64,000 nt of DNA, from assembly GCA_028818755.1 (NCBI GenBank), contig JAPPNF010000051.1, positions 104-64,103 on the forward strand. Direction: 5' to 3'. The notes beneath the pieces are model-generated. The model was not told the DNA's origin. It saw only the letters and a list, made by a program, of their open reading frames with translations, and ran no database searches. The position numbers and the translations under genes are program-made. This document shows positions 27,569 through 36,698 of the stretch, piece after piece. Source of the DNA: Deltaproteobacteria bacterium. GTDB lineage: Bacteria > Desulfobacterota > Binatia > UBA9968 > JAJDTQ01. Position 1 is the stretch's first letter, and each line of letters starts with the position of its first letter.

Positions 27569-28924
27569 ATGGAGCGTTTACCGGTGGATCTGGAGCTGGC
27601 GGCGGGGCTGCTGGCGCGGGCCAGGGAGAAGGGCGCCTCGCAGGGCGACGTGACCGTGGCGGAGCACGAGGGCGCCCAGGTGAAGGTGCGGCTCGGCAAG
27701 GTGGAGACCGTGAGCCAGGCCCACGAGACCCGGCTCGGGCTGCGGCTCTTCTTCGGAAAGAGCTCCGCCGCTACCTCCACCTCCGACCTGTCGCGGGCGT
27801 CCCTGGAGCGGTTGCTGGAAGAGACCTGCGCCATGGCCCGGGCCACGGCCAAGGACGAGTTCGGCGGCTTGCCGGAGCCCGGCGAGCTGGCCACGGAGGT
27901 GCCGGACCTGGATTTGCTGGACGGGGCGGCGCGGGAGATGCCGGTGGAGCGCTGCATCGACGCCGCCCGCGAGGCCGAGGAGCACGCGCTCCAGCACGAC
28001 TCGCGGATCACCAACTCCGAGGGCGCGGAGTTCGGCACGTCCTTCAACCGCATCATCCACGCCAACTCGGAGGGTTTTGCCGGAGAGTACGCGACCTCCG
28101 GCTTTCGTGTTTCCGTGGCCCCGGTGGCGACGTCCAACGGCTCCATGGAGCGGGACCACTGGTACTCGGCGGCGCGGCACCATGACGGTTTGGACGCCCC
28201 TGAAGCCGTGGGCCGCGAAGCCGGGCGGCGGGTGGTCCGGCGGCTGGGCGCGCGCAAGGTGCGCACCCGCGAAGTGCCGGTGGTGTTCGACGCCGCCATC
28301 GCCGGCACCCTGGTGCGGCACGTGGGCCAGGCGGTTTCAGGGTACGCTCTGTACCAGCGCGCGTCTTTCCTGTGCGACCGGCTCGGGCAGCGCGTGGGTT
28401 CGGATCTCGTGCGCATCGCCGATGACGGCACGATTCCACGGGCCCTGGGGTCTCGGCCGTTCGACGGCGAGGGCGTCGACGTGCGGCGCAAGGACGTGGT
28501 GGAGTCCGGCGTCCTGCAAAGCTATCTGCTGGACGCCTACAGCGCGCGAAAGCTCGGCGGCAAGTCCACCGGCAACGCCACCCGCGGCGCGGGCCAGGCC
28601 TCGGGGGTGGCGCCCATGAACCTCTACCTCACCCCCGGCGAGCACGGCCTCGGGGACATCATCGGCTCGGTGGAGGACGGCTTCTACGTCACCGAGCTGA
28701 TGGGCTTCGGCGTCAACCTCGTGACCGGCGACTATTCCCGGGGCGCGGCCGGCGTCTGGATCGAGAAGGGCGAGCTGGCCTATCCCGTCTCCGAGCTCAC
28801 CATCGCCGGAAACCTCAACGACATGCTGACCCAGATCGAGATGGTCGGCAACGACCTCCGCCCGCAAAGCCCGGTCGCCGCCCCCACGGTCAAGATCGCG
28901 CGCATGACCGTGGCCGGGGACTAG
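27569..28924 (+). CDS. pmbA: Metalloprotease PmbA/TldE
   Basis: ATG at 27569 (MERLPVDLELAAGLL...) lies 2 nt after the tldD stop. PmbA_TldD family pattern up to ...PTVKIARMTVAGD. The long upstream extension of ORF 26714-28924 overlaps tldD out of frame and is ignored. Confidence 0.85.
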   Translation: MERLPVDLELAAGLLARAREKGASQGDVTVAEHEGAQVKVRLGKVETVSQAHETRLGLRLFFGKSSAATSTSDLSRASLERLLEETCAMARATAKDEFGGLPEPGELATEVPDLDLLDGAAREMPVERCIDAAREAEEHALQHDSRITNSEGAEFGTSFNRIIHANSEGFAGEYATSGFRVSVAPVATSNGSMERDHWYSAARHHDGLDAPEAVGREAGRRVVRRLGARKVRTREVPVVFDAAIAGTLVRHVGQAVSGYALYQRASFLCDRLGQRVGSDLVRIADDGTIPRALGSRPFDGEGVDVRRKDVVESGVLQSYLLDAYSARKLGGKSTGNATRGAGQASGVAPMNLYLTPGEHGLGDIIGSVEDGFYVTELMGFGVNLVTGDYSRGAAGVWIEKGELAYPVSELTIAGNLNDMLTQIEMVGNDLRPQSPVAAPTVKIARMTVAGD

Positions 28925-29013
28925 CACCCCGAGCCGACCCTTTCCACGTGACCGATTTTCCCCCGGCCCAACACCATCGGTGACGGGGCGGCCCGGGCTC
29001 TACCCAATCCCAA

Positions 29014-29082
29014 CAACCCGCAATCTGCGGTTGCTGACTGAAAAAATGCAGCCTTTTTTCAGTTTTCAACCGCAAATTGCGG
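29014..29082. other. Three consecutive hairpins in the pmbA-ATPase intergenic region
   Basis: CAACCCGCAATCTGCGGTTG (29014-29033), CTGAAAAAA-tgcagcc-TTTTTTCAG (29038-29062) and CAACCGCAAATTGCGG (29067-29082). The outer two share the CAACC(C)GCA..TGCGG motif. Confidence 0.6.
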
Positions 29083-29172
29083 CCATTTTGTCCCACAGCA
29101 GGTCGGTTATGTCTATTTAATGATCCGATCATTGAATTGACACACTTTGGGAGTCTTGGCAAAATAGGTAGC

Positions 29173-30378
29173 ATGTTACGCCGCCATTTGACTGAAGCGC
29201 TCCGGGCTGCCGCTGCGTCCTATCCGGTGGTGACGCTCACGGGGCCGCGGCAATCCGGGAAGACGACGCTGGTTCAGGCGTTGTTCGCGGATCATCGCTA
29301 CCTGTCGCTCGAAGCGCCGGATGTGCGGGCGAGAGCCATCGAAGATCCGCGCAGCTTGCTGGCTCAAGGCGACAGGCTGATCCTGGACGAGGTCCAACGC
29401 GCGCCCGAGTTGCTCTCATACATTCAGGGTCTGGTGGACGCCGACGCCCGGCCTGGTCGCTTCATCCTGACCGGTTCTCAGAACCTGCTGTTGATGGAAG
29501 CCGTGTCCCAGACCCTGGCGGGGCGCACCGCGTTTCTCCGTTTGCACCCGTTGTCGCTTGCGGAGTTGTCGGAGAGGGAACCCCTCGACCCGCTGAACCT
29601 TGATCGCATCGACGGCCCGCCGGTCGCAATCAGCGGTCCCCCGCCGGGCAGGAGCCTATGGGCCACGCTCGTCGACGGCTTCTATCCGCGAATTCACGAC
29701 CGTGGCATTCCTGCGAGCGAGTGGCTGGCCGACTATTCTCGTGCCTACGTTGAACGGGATGTCCGCGAGGTCATGCAGATCTCGGATGCAAGGGGCTTCG
29801 AGCGTTTCGTGCGGCTGGCGGCCGCGCATACGGCAACGGAGCTCAACCTCGCATCGCTGGCCAGCGATGTCGGCATCACGCAGCAGACCGCCAAGCGTTG
29901 GCTCGCGGCCCTGGAGATCGGATTTCTGGCCACCACGCTCCCGCCCCACCACGCGAACTACCGCAAGCGCCTGCGCAAGCGTCCACGGCTGCACTTTCTC
30001 GACACGGGCCTTGTCTGCTATCTGCTCGACATCCGCGACGCCGCGACGCTGGAACGCCATCCGCTTCGTGGCGCCATATTCGAATCATTCGTAGTCTCGG
30101 AGCTGGTCAAGAGCTTTGCCGCGATCCGCCGCGACCCGCCGCTCTACTTCTGGCGGGATGCCACCGGGCACGAGATCGACATCCTGATCGACGCGGGCGG
30201 CCGTGTTGTCCCCGTGGAAGTCAAATCGGGCCAGACGGTTGCCGGCGACGCCGTCGATACCCTGTCTTGGTGGACGTCGATTCCCTCCAATCCGAACCAG
30301 GGAGGCGTCCTGGTCCACGGCGGAGAGGAGACCTTCGATTTCAAGGGGTTTCGGGTTCTGCCTTGGTTCCTGCGGTGA
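29173..30378 (+). CDS. AAA-type ATPase with C-terminal DUF4143 domain
   Basis: VVTLTGPRQSGKTTL (Walker A), LILDEVQRAPELL (Walker B), C-terminal ...YFWRDATGHEIDILID...VPVEVKSG. Confidence 0.75.
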   Translation: MLRRHLTEALRAAAASYPVVTLTGPRQSGKTTLVQALFADHRYLSLEAPDVRARAIEDPRSLLAQGDRLILDEVQRAPELLSYIQGLVDADARPGRFILTGSQNLLLMEAVSQTLAGRTAFLRLHPLSLAELSEREPLDPLNLDRIDGPPVAISGPPPGRSLWATLVDGFYPRIHDRGIPASEWLADYSRAYVERDVREVMQISDARGFERFVRLAAAHTATELNLASLASDVGITQQTAKRWLAALEIGFLATTLPPHHANYRKRLRKRPRLHFLDTGLVCYLLDIRDAATLERHPLRGAIFESFVVSELVKSFAAIRRDPPLYFWRDATGHEIDILIDAGGRVVPVEVKSGQTVAGDAVDTLSWWTSIPSNPNQGGVLVHGGEETFDFKGFRVLPWFLR

Positions 30379-30414
30379 TGAGCGAATCCCCGCATCGCCG
30401 GAACAGGATCGAAC

Positions 30415-31023
30415 TTACGCGATGTAGCGGAGTAGCAGAAAGACACCTGCGACGAGAATCAGGCCGATCACCGTGGTCGCGGTCAGGTGGCGTTCGACAA
30501 GCGCGCGGGCCGCGGGGCCGAAGTACCAGAGGAGCGTGGCCTCGAGGTAGAAACGGAAACCGCGGGAGAGCAGGGACGCCAGGACGAAGACCCGGAGGTC
30601 GAGCCGGGCGGCGCCGCAGGCGACGGCCACCAGCTTGTAGGGCAGCGGGGTGAGGGCGCCGGCGACCACGATCCACGCGCCCCACTCCCGCCGGTACGCC
30701 TCGAATACCTCGAGATCCCCTTCATAGCCCCACAGACCGAGCAGAGGCTCGCCTACCGTTTCGAAGACGAAATAGCCGATGGCATATCCGACGATGCCTC
30801 CGGCGGTTGACGACAGGGTGGATATACTGGCGAAGAGCCACGCCTTGCTGCCCCGCGCCAGCACCATGGGGATGAGAAGCAGGTCCGGCGGCACTGGCAG
30901 GAACAGACTCTGGAGAAAGCACACCGCGGCCAGTGCCCAGACGGCGTGGGGCGTACCGGCGCTCCGGAGGGTCCAGTCGTAGAGGTTCCGGATCGTAGGG
31001 GACGTTCCCCGCATCGCATCCAC
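30415..31023 (-). CDS. YqaA/DedA-family inner-membrane protein
   Basis: ...FLQSLFLPVPPDLLLIPMVLA...AGGIVGYAIGY... with several TM segments. Confidence 0.7.
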   Translation of the reverse strand: MDAMRGTSPTIRNLYDWTLRSAGTPHAVWALAAVCFLQSLFLPVPPDLLLIPMVLARGSKAWLFASISTLSSTAGGIVGYAIGYFVFETVGEPLLGLWGYEGDLEVFEAYRREWGAWIVVAGALTPLPYKLVAVACGAARLDLRVFVLASLLSRGFRFYLEATLLWYFGPAARALVERHLTATTVIGLILVAGVFLLLRYIA

Positions 31024-31221
31024 AACTAGCCTCTTCCCTTCAACCTGTTCGCCAGATCGTCAGCCCGAACATCTTCACTTCACCGCCAACTCCCCAACTT
31101 GATGGACAGGACAGTTGGGCGGTGGTATGGTCGCCGGGTTTGCTCGTCACTGCGGATTGTGGCGACGAGATCGCTAGAGACTCGGGTCAAGGCAGGATGC
31201 TCGGGTTGAACCAGCAATGGC

Positions 31222-31809
31222 GTGGCGGCGATAACGCAGGCGCGCGATGCAATGTCGATCAATTTGGACGACCTCAAGAAAGGCAGTATGCCTGGCGTGG
31301 AGGCGGACGTCGGCGCATCCTTGGCACAAGCGGCGATTATCTGTTTCGAGGATAGCAAGCATTCAAGCGGTGTAAAGCTACTGGTTGAAGGCACCTTCCA
31401 AAGGAAACCAGAGGTGCGTTGGGCACCGCTCGCAAATCCGGAACAGGCCCGACGCTCTTGGGACCCCGATGAAGCTACGGAAAAGGGCGCAACCGGAGTC
31501 GCTGTATTGCTGATCGACAAGTTCACCGAATACACGGTAGTAGAGCGAGCGATGAAGTGGATCGGAACTCGTCGTGGATCTGGTTTCGACTACTGGCTCG
31601 GCAAGAAGGAATCAAAGTCGTATGGTTCGCAGTTACTAGGCGAGGCTCGGCTTGAGGTATCTGGAATTCGAAATGGTAGTCACGCTGACGTCATGGCGAG
31701 AGTGCGCCAAAAGACAAGCCAGACGGAGGTGTCTGACTGGCTAAGAATCGAAGCCTATGTAGCCGTCGTTGAATTCAGCTCTCCACAATCGATGGTACTA
31801 CGGCGATGA
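31222..31809 (+). CDS. Hypothetical protein, possible PD-(D/E)xK-like nuclease fold (islet gene 1)
   Basis: ORF with GTG start at 31222 (alternative ATG at 31252). Ordered acidic motifs DEATEKGATGVAVLLI ... GSGFDYWLG ... ARLEVSGI resemble an E / D / ExK-like core, but the Lys position is Ser. No family recognised. Lower GC than its flanks. Confidence 0.45.
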   Translation: MAAITQARDAMSINLDDLKKGSMPGVEADVGASLAQAAIICFEDSKHSSGVKLLVEGTFQRKPEVRWAPLANPEQARRSWDPDEATEKGATGVAVLLIDKFTEYTVVERAMKWIGTRRGSGFDYWLGKKESKSYGSQLLGEARLEVSGIRNGSHADVMARVRQKTSQTEVSDWLRIEAYVAVVEFSSPQSMVLRR

Positions 31810-32927
31810 GCGACGTGAGGGATCAACACAGAGATGCGATGCGCTTCGCTGAGAGGGCAAAGACCGCGCGCATCAGTGGACTTGATGAAGAAGCCATCGA
31901 GTTGACCCGACGCGCTTTCGAATTGGAACGAGCGGCAGCGCAATCGCTCCTTGCAAGTTTTGACGCGGAGCCTACGCGTTCGGTCTTGTTTCGCAGTGCT
32001 GCAACACTAGCATTGGAGTGTGGAGAGCTGGAAGAGGCTAGGCGACTGGCTTTTCAAGGGCTTGCGGGATTTCCCCCAAAAGAGATTGCCGATGAGATCC
32101 ACGAAATCGTGGAGGAGGGCGAATTTCAGAAGCACTTGGCAACGAGAGGAGTCAAACTTCAACCCGACGAATTTCAAATGTCCTTAGTAGGACCCGGGGT
32201 TTCGACAGGTATTGCTCCAAGTACAGCAGTGTTGTCCCGCGTGGAAAGCTTGAAGAACTTGGTTTTCCGCACGGGCGAGCGTATCGCAGGGATGGAATAT
32301 CGTTCTCGGGGTCGACGTCGGCAGACCATTGAGCGAGACTATGAGGTTTTCTTGAGTGCCCCCCGGGCCGGTAGCTTCACACTTTCGGTCCACATAGGAC
32401 AGCCGGAACAACTGAGCATCCCAGGTCTGGCCAAGGCCGAGCTTGTAGTCCACGAGCTGTTCGATTGCTTTGATCTGTTGGAGTCAAAGCCCGAAGAGGG
32501 TCTCCGCGAACGCATCGGAAACGAGGCTTACTACGCGAATTTTGTTTCGCTTGCTCGCAGAATAGGCCCCGATGGTGACTCGGTTCGTTGGGTTGGCCTA
32601 AGTTCCGCCCGGGGAGCAGAGAGTCGCCACGTCGAGCTCAAGACAACGCCGGAGTCCTCTACGGTTTCCGATGTCACCACGGGCAGAGTCGAGGAGGCGA
32701 CCGAGGAAACGAAAGTCCAGGGTGTTTTGCGTTGGGCTGATGCCACGAAGGACGCCGAGACGGTCCTTATTATTGATGCTGAGGGACGAAGTCACAGGGT
32801 TCGAATACCACCTGGTGTGGACGACATAGTGAAGCCGCACTGGCTTGATGAGGTAGTTGTGACCGGGTCTCGTGATCGACGCGGAACAATATTGCTTAAG
32901 AACATCGACCCTGTGCCATCTCGATAA
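31806..32927 (+). CDS. Hypothetical 373-aa protein (islet gene 2), helical N-terminus
   Basis: The start ATG overlaps the stop of the upstream gene (ATGA at 31806-31809). N-terminal ~100 aa are helical/TPR-like (RFAERAKTARISGLDEEAIELTRRAFELERAAA...). The rest has no recognisable motif. Confidence 0.5.
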   Translation: MSDVRDQHRDAMRFAERAKTARISGLDEEAIELTRRAFELERAAAQSLLASFDAEPTRSVLFRSAATLALECGELEEARRLAFQGLAGFPPKEIADEIHEIVEEGEFQKHLATRGVKLQPDEFQMSLVGPGVSTGIAPSTAVLSRVESLKNLVFRTGERIAGMEYRSRGRRRQTIERDYEVFLSAPRAGSFTLSVHIGQPEQLSIPGLAKAELVVHELFDCFDLLESKPEEGLRERIGNEAYYANFVSLARRIGPDGDSVRWVGLSSARGAESRHVELKTTPESSTVSDVTTGRVEEATEETKVQGVLRWADATKDAETVLIIDAEGRSHRVRIPPGVDDIVKPHWLDEVVVTGSRDRRGTILLKNIDPVPSR

Positions 32928-32940
32928 GACAACAACTCGC

Positions 32941-33150
32941 CTAAAGGATCTTGTACCCTTTGCCCAGCACCACCCGCATCAGCCCGTCGATGTGGGTCAC
33001 CGCCGGATCGAACTCGATGACGGCGACCTTCCGTTCCAGCGAGAAGTCCACCTCGGTGACGCCCGGCGAATTCTCGAAGGCTTCGGTCAGCTCGGCGACG
33101 GCGGTGTCCGTCAGGTCTTCGATGGAGATGATGGCCGTCTTGGTGTTCAT
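32941..33150 (-). CDS. Small HMA/ferredoxin-fold-like protein lacking the CxxC metal site (69 aa)
   Basis: MNTKTAIISIEDLTDTAVAELTEAFENSPGVTEVDFSLERKVAVIEFDPAVTHIDGLMRVV has the heavy-metal-associated domain layout without cysteines. The start overlaps the hemerythrin stop. Confidence 0.5.
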   Translation of the reverse strand: MNTKTAIISIEDLTDTAVAELTEAFENSPGVTEVDFSLERKVAVIEFDPAVTHIDGLMRVVLGKGYKIL

Positions 33151-33635
33151 GGCGTGACGGCTCCGCCGGCGGCCCTGCCCGGGTCCAGCAGCCGCTTGAT
33201 CTCCCGGCCGGCACGCTCGGCCTCCGCATCCGGCACAAGGGCCTCGAAGGCCGGAAAGAGCTGCCTCTCCTCGCTCCGGATGTGCTGCTCCAGCAGGTCG
33301 CCGAAGTCGAACAGGAACTTCCGCGGCCCTCCGGGTCCGCCGGCGTCCGCCACCAGCCTGGCGAACGTCCGGTGCTCGCCTTCCAGCCGGGCCACCAGTT
33401 CGCGGCATTCCTCGTGGGCCGCCATGAGCGGGAAGAGCACCGTTTCTTCGGCCTCGAAATGGGCGGTCAGGTTCTCGTTGAAAAAACGCGATGCCTCCGC
33501 CGCGCACGCCTCCATGGCCGTTGGGTCGCCGGGATTGATCTGTCCGAGGGCATGCTTGCGGCAGCGTAGGGCCAGCGCCAGTCCGTGGTGGTGGTCGTGT
33601 GACAGGGGTATCAGGGAGGGGTGTCGCTTGGCCAT
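33147..33635 (-). CDS. Hemerythrin (HHE cation-binding) domain protein
   Basis: MAKRHPSLIPLSHDHHHGLAL...HFEAEETVLFPL...EHR...LLEQHIRSEERQLFP. Only the last 162 codons of the 587-aa track ORF are taken. Confidence 0.7.
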   Translation of the reverse strand: MAKRHPSLIPLSHDHHHGLALALRCRKHALGQINPGDPTAMEACAAEASRFFNENLTAHFEAEETVLFPLMAAHEECRELVARLEGEHRTFARLVADAGGPGGPRKFLFDFGDLLEQHIRSEERQLFPAFEALVPDAEAERAGREIKRLLDPGRAAGGAVTP

Positions 33636-33710
33636 TGAATTCCAGGGGAAATTGACGGTGCCCGGTCGATGGGCTACCCTTCGCGTCAGTGTTATCCAGG
33701 AGGTTGATAT

Positions 33711-34196
33711 ATGGCGGACGACATGATCGTCAAACGCGAAGTTGTGATGGAGGCCGACGCCGAGATGCTGGAGCGGCAGCAGAAGCGCGGCGAGGCGCGC
33801 GGCTTCACGGTTATGTGCGACGAGGGCGGGCGCATCGGCGGCGACAACACGGCGCCTCCGCCGATGGCCTATTTCGCGCTTTCCATCGGATTCTGACTGC
33901 TCACCCAGCTTTCCCGGTACGGGGAAATGATGAAGGTGAAGATCGACAAGGCGCGGGTGCACGTCACCGCGCGCTTCAGGAACGAGGGTTCGGTGCTGCG
34001 TGAGACGGTGCAGGCGCAGGGGGTCGGCGTCGAGACGAAGCTCGACGTGGAATCCGACGAACCTCCGGAACGCGTGGCCGCGGTGATCCGCAACTCGGAG
34101 CAGGGCTGCTACATCATGCAGACGGTCAGGAATCCGACGCCGGTGGAAACACGGGTGACGCTCAACGGAGCGGATTTCGACACCAGCAGGAAGTAG
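33711..34196 (+). CDS. OsmC/YhfA-family protein interrupted by an in-frame TGA at the conserved Cys position (candidate selenoprotein, otherwise a pseudogene)
   Basis: Track ORFs 33711-33896 and 33927-34196 are in the same frame. Read through, the product is ...GGDNTAPPPMAYFALSIGF-[TGA]-LLTQLSRYGEMMKVKIDKARV...NSEQGCYIMQTV..., a complete OsmC-type domain with TGA where family members carry the first redox Cys. Confidence 0.55.
33902..33938 (+). promoter_or_regulatory. SECIS-like stem-loop downstream of the in-frame TGA
   Basis: Upper stem TTTCCC (33910-33915) / GGGAAA (33922-33927) with apical loop GGTACG. Possible C33909-G33929 pair with bulged T33928. Lower stem CACC (33902-33905) / GGTG (33935-33938). 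The stem starts 13 nt after the TGA. Confidence 0.45.
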
Positions 34197-34248
34197 CTGA
34201 CGACAATCGGCCCAAGTGCAGGATCGATTCCGCGTACGGGAAGGCGCT

Positions 34249-35118
34249 ATGCAGGGTTCACAGGAAGGAATGGAAACGCTGGTCTTCGACGTCGACCAGA
34301 CCGAGTTCGAGGCGCAAGTGCTGGAGCGCTCTCGGGAGACGCCCGTGGCGGTGGACTTCTGGGCGCCGTGGTGCGGGCCGTGCCGTGTCCTGGGGCCGGT
34401 GCTCGAACGGCTCGCCGAGGAATACGGCGGCAAGTTCCTCTTGGCCAAGGTCAACGTGGACGAGAACCAGGAGCTGGCAGCCGGCTTCGGCATACAGGGA
34501 ATCCCGGCCGTCAAGGTGTTCAAGGACGGCGCGCTGGCCGCCGAGTTCACCGGCGCGTTGCCCGAACCCGGAGTGCGCGAGATCCTCGACCGCGTTGTCC
34601 CCTCGCGCGAAGATGAGCTCGCGCTGGAGGCCGGCCGGTTGTGGGCCGGGGGCGAGGCCGAAAAGGCGTTGGAGATCTTCGAGCAGGTCCTGGAGGAGTC
34701 GCCGCACCACGCGGGGGCGCTTTTGGGACTGGCCCGCGGGCTATTGGAGACCGATGCGGAGCGCGCCCTCGCGCTGCTGGAGAGGGTCCCCCCGGGAGGT
34801 CCGGAACGCAACGAGGCCGACCGGCTGATCGCCCGCCGGAACCTGAGCGCGGGTGACGGCGCGGACGTGGAGTCCCTGCGGCGGGAGCTGGATTCGGCCC
34901 CGGACCGCATCGACCTGCGTTTCCGCCTGGCTCAGGCGCTGGCCGCGGAAGAGCGCTACGAGGCCGCTCTCGAGGAGTTCCTGGCAGTGCTGAAACAGGA
35001 CCGCGCCTTCGAGGACGACGGCGCGCGCAAGGCCATGGTGCAGATCTTCGAGGTCCTGGGGCGCGGCGAGCTGGCCGACCGGTTCCGGTCGGAGATGGCC
35101 AAGGTGCTGTTCAGCTAG
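34249..35118 (+). CDS. Thioredoxin domain fused to a TPR-like C-terminus (YbbN/CnoX-like)
   Basis: [18 protein letters not shown]...[14 protein letters not shown] followed by helical repeats. ATG at 34249 is preceded by GGGAAGG. Confidence 0.75.
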   Translation: MQGSQEGMETLVFDVDQTEFEAQVLERSRETPVAVDFWAPWCGPCRVLGPVLERLAEEYGGKFLLAKVNVDENQELAAGFGIQGIPAVKVFKDGALAAEFTGALPEPGVREILDRVVPSREDELALEAGRLWAGGEAEKALEIFEQVLEESPHHAGALLGLARGLLETDAERALALLERVPPGGPERNEADRLIARRNLSAGDGADVESLRRELDSAPDRIDLRFRLAQALAAEERYEAALEEFLAVLKQDRAFEDDGARKAMVQIFEVLGRGELADRFRSEMAKVLFS

Positions 35119-35159
35119 CCGGCCGGCCCTCCACCTGCCGGCATTCTTCCGCCGGACCC

Positions 35160-36272
35160 CTACGCGTGGGCTCCGGCGGCCTCTCTCGAAGCCACCGCCG
35201 TGGCATCCAGCCGCGCCCGTAGACGCGGGTAGAACTTGAGCGGGTTCTCGAACAGGATCTTTTGCTTCAGTTCGTCGCTCATGTCCTTCCGGCCCAGCAG
35301 GTGCGGGATGTCCTCGCTGAAGTCCCGCTGATCCCTCTCATGGGGGTAGTCGGAGGCCCACAGGAGGGTGTGCTCCGGTACCAGTCGGGCGGTCTCGGGC
35401 AGCAGCGTCTCCTCGACCTCGGCGGCGAAGTAGATGTTGCCTTCCCGGAAGTAGTCGCTGGGCTTGCGCTTGCAGTTGGGCGAATAGTGCCCCTTGCGCT
35501 CGTACTCCTCGTCCAGCCGGTCCATCATGTAGGGGACCCAGCCCGCGCCGCATTCCAGCACGCCGAAGCGCAGCTTGGGGAACATTTCGAATACGCCTTC
35601 GCAAATCATCGCCACCAGTTGCCGAAACTGCGCGAACGGGTGCTCCAAAGTGTGCGCCACCATGAAGTTCCGGGTGTCGTCGATGCCCAGGTCGGGAAAG
35701 CTCATGCCGCCGTGGGGCGACACCGGCACGTCCAGCCGTTGCGCCTCCTCCCACAAGGGGTGGAAGTCGGGTCCGCTGAAGAGCTTCCCGCCCGGCGTGG
35801 CCGAGGGCAGGACCGCGCCTACCATCCCCAGCTCCTCGACGCTGCGGCGCAGCTCCTTGACGGCTTCGTCGATGTCCTGGATGGGCAACAATGCCACGCC
35901 AACCAGGCGCGGGCTTACCCGCATGAAGCGGTCGTGCAGCCAGTCGTTGTAGGCCCGCGCCATGGTGATGGCCCATTCGTGGTCGCGGATGGCCGCGTGG
36001 GTCAGCCCCTGGGTCGGGTACAGCACGGTCAGCTCGATGCCGTTCTTGTCGAGGAAGTCGAGCCAATGCTGCGCGTTGGGTCCGGTGCCGGCGCCGACCC
36101 AGCCGCCCGGCTGCCTCAACGAGCGCAGGTAGCCGTCCATGGTGAGGCCCGGCCAGAAACCGTAGGACCGGTGCCATTCCAGCTCGGCGTAAGGGCCGCC
36201 GATGTAGTCGCGCAGTTCGTCGTCGAGCTCCATCACGTGCCCGTCGGCGTCGATGATTCGTTGTTGGGACAT
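35160..36272 (-). CDS. Amidohydrolase-2 (ACMSD-like) family metal-dependent hydrolase
   Basis: MSQQRIIDADGHVME...ECGAGWVPY...LWASDYPHERD. ATG at 36272. The upstream part of the track ORF runs through a REP cluster. Confidence 0.7.
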   Translation of the reverse strand: MSQQRIIDADGHVMELDDELRDYIGGPYAELEWHRSYGFWPGLTMDGYLRSLRQPGGWVGAGTGPNAQHWLDFLDKNGIELTVLYPTQGLTHAAIRDHEWAITMARAYNDWLHDRFMRVSPRLVGVALLPIQDIDEAVKELRRSVEELGMVGAVLPSATPGGKLFSGPDFHPLWEEAQRLDVPVSPHGGMSFPDLGIDDTRNFMVAHTLEHPFAQFRQLVAMICEGVFEMFPKLRFGVLECGAGWVPYMMDRLDEEYERKGHYSPNCKRKPSDYFREGNIYFAAEVEETLLPETARLVPEHTLLWASDYPHERDQRDFSEDIPHLLGRKDMSDELKQKILFENPLKFYPRLRARLDATAVASREAAGAHA

Positions 36273-36358
36273 GGCTTCTTCCTCTCGTTCGATGCTGTTT
36301 CGATGCCGTAGATAGTAGCCCGGACGGCGTGTACGGGCAAGCTCGGAAGTGCCCTCTG

Positions 36359-36470
36359 ACCCCCTCTCCCCCTGGGAGAGGGTCGGGGTGAGGGCGCCCG
36401 GGCCATCGGCCGGCATGATGCGAGGGCCCTCACCCGGCCTTCGGCCACCCTCTCCCAAGGGGAGAGGGGT
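36359..36470. repeat. REP-type element cluster
   Basis: CCCCTCTCCCCCTGGGAGAGGGTCGGGGTGAGGGC and CCCTCACCCGGCCTTCGGCCACCCTCTCCCAAGGGGAGAGGGGT. Confidence 0.85.
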
Positions 36471-36698
36471 TTGGTGCTCCTTCGACAAGCTCACAATCGG
36501 CGTAGCGTGGCGTAGTCGAAAGATCCTTCTCGCCGTCCTCGTGAATTCTCGGACGGACTCCCAGGTGAGTAACCGCGGCCCCGGCTCTTGTGCCGGGAAC
36601 GCGTCGTCGGATGGACTTGAATCGAGTCCCGTCTCTACCCATACCCGTTTTGATTCCCTATAATCGCAATAATGCATTCATCCGAGGAGGTACGTGTG

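Noticed and set aside
33894-33896. An alternative reading of the OsmC TGA as a plain nonsense mutation (pseudogene).
   Set aside because: Not fully rejected. It is kept as the fallback. The Sec interpretation is preferred because the stop is the only lesion, it falls exactly on the conserved Cys, and a suitably spaced hairpin follows.
33636-34910. Upstream ~425 codons of the 587-aa minus-strand ORF 33147-34910.
   Set aside because: This part is Ser/Arg/Pro-rich and overlaps the OsmC-like and thioredoxin genes on the other strand. Only the last 162 codons form a hemerythrin domain with its own ATG.
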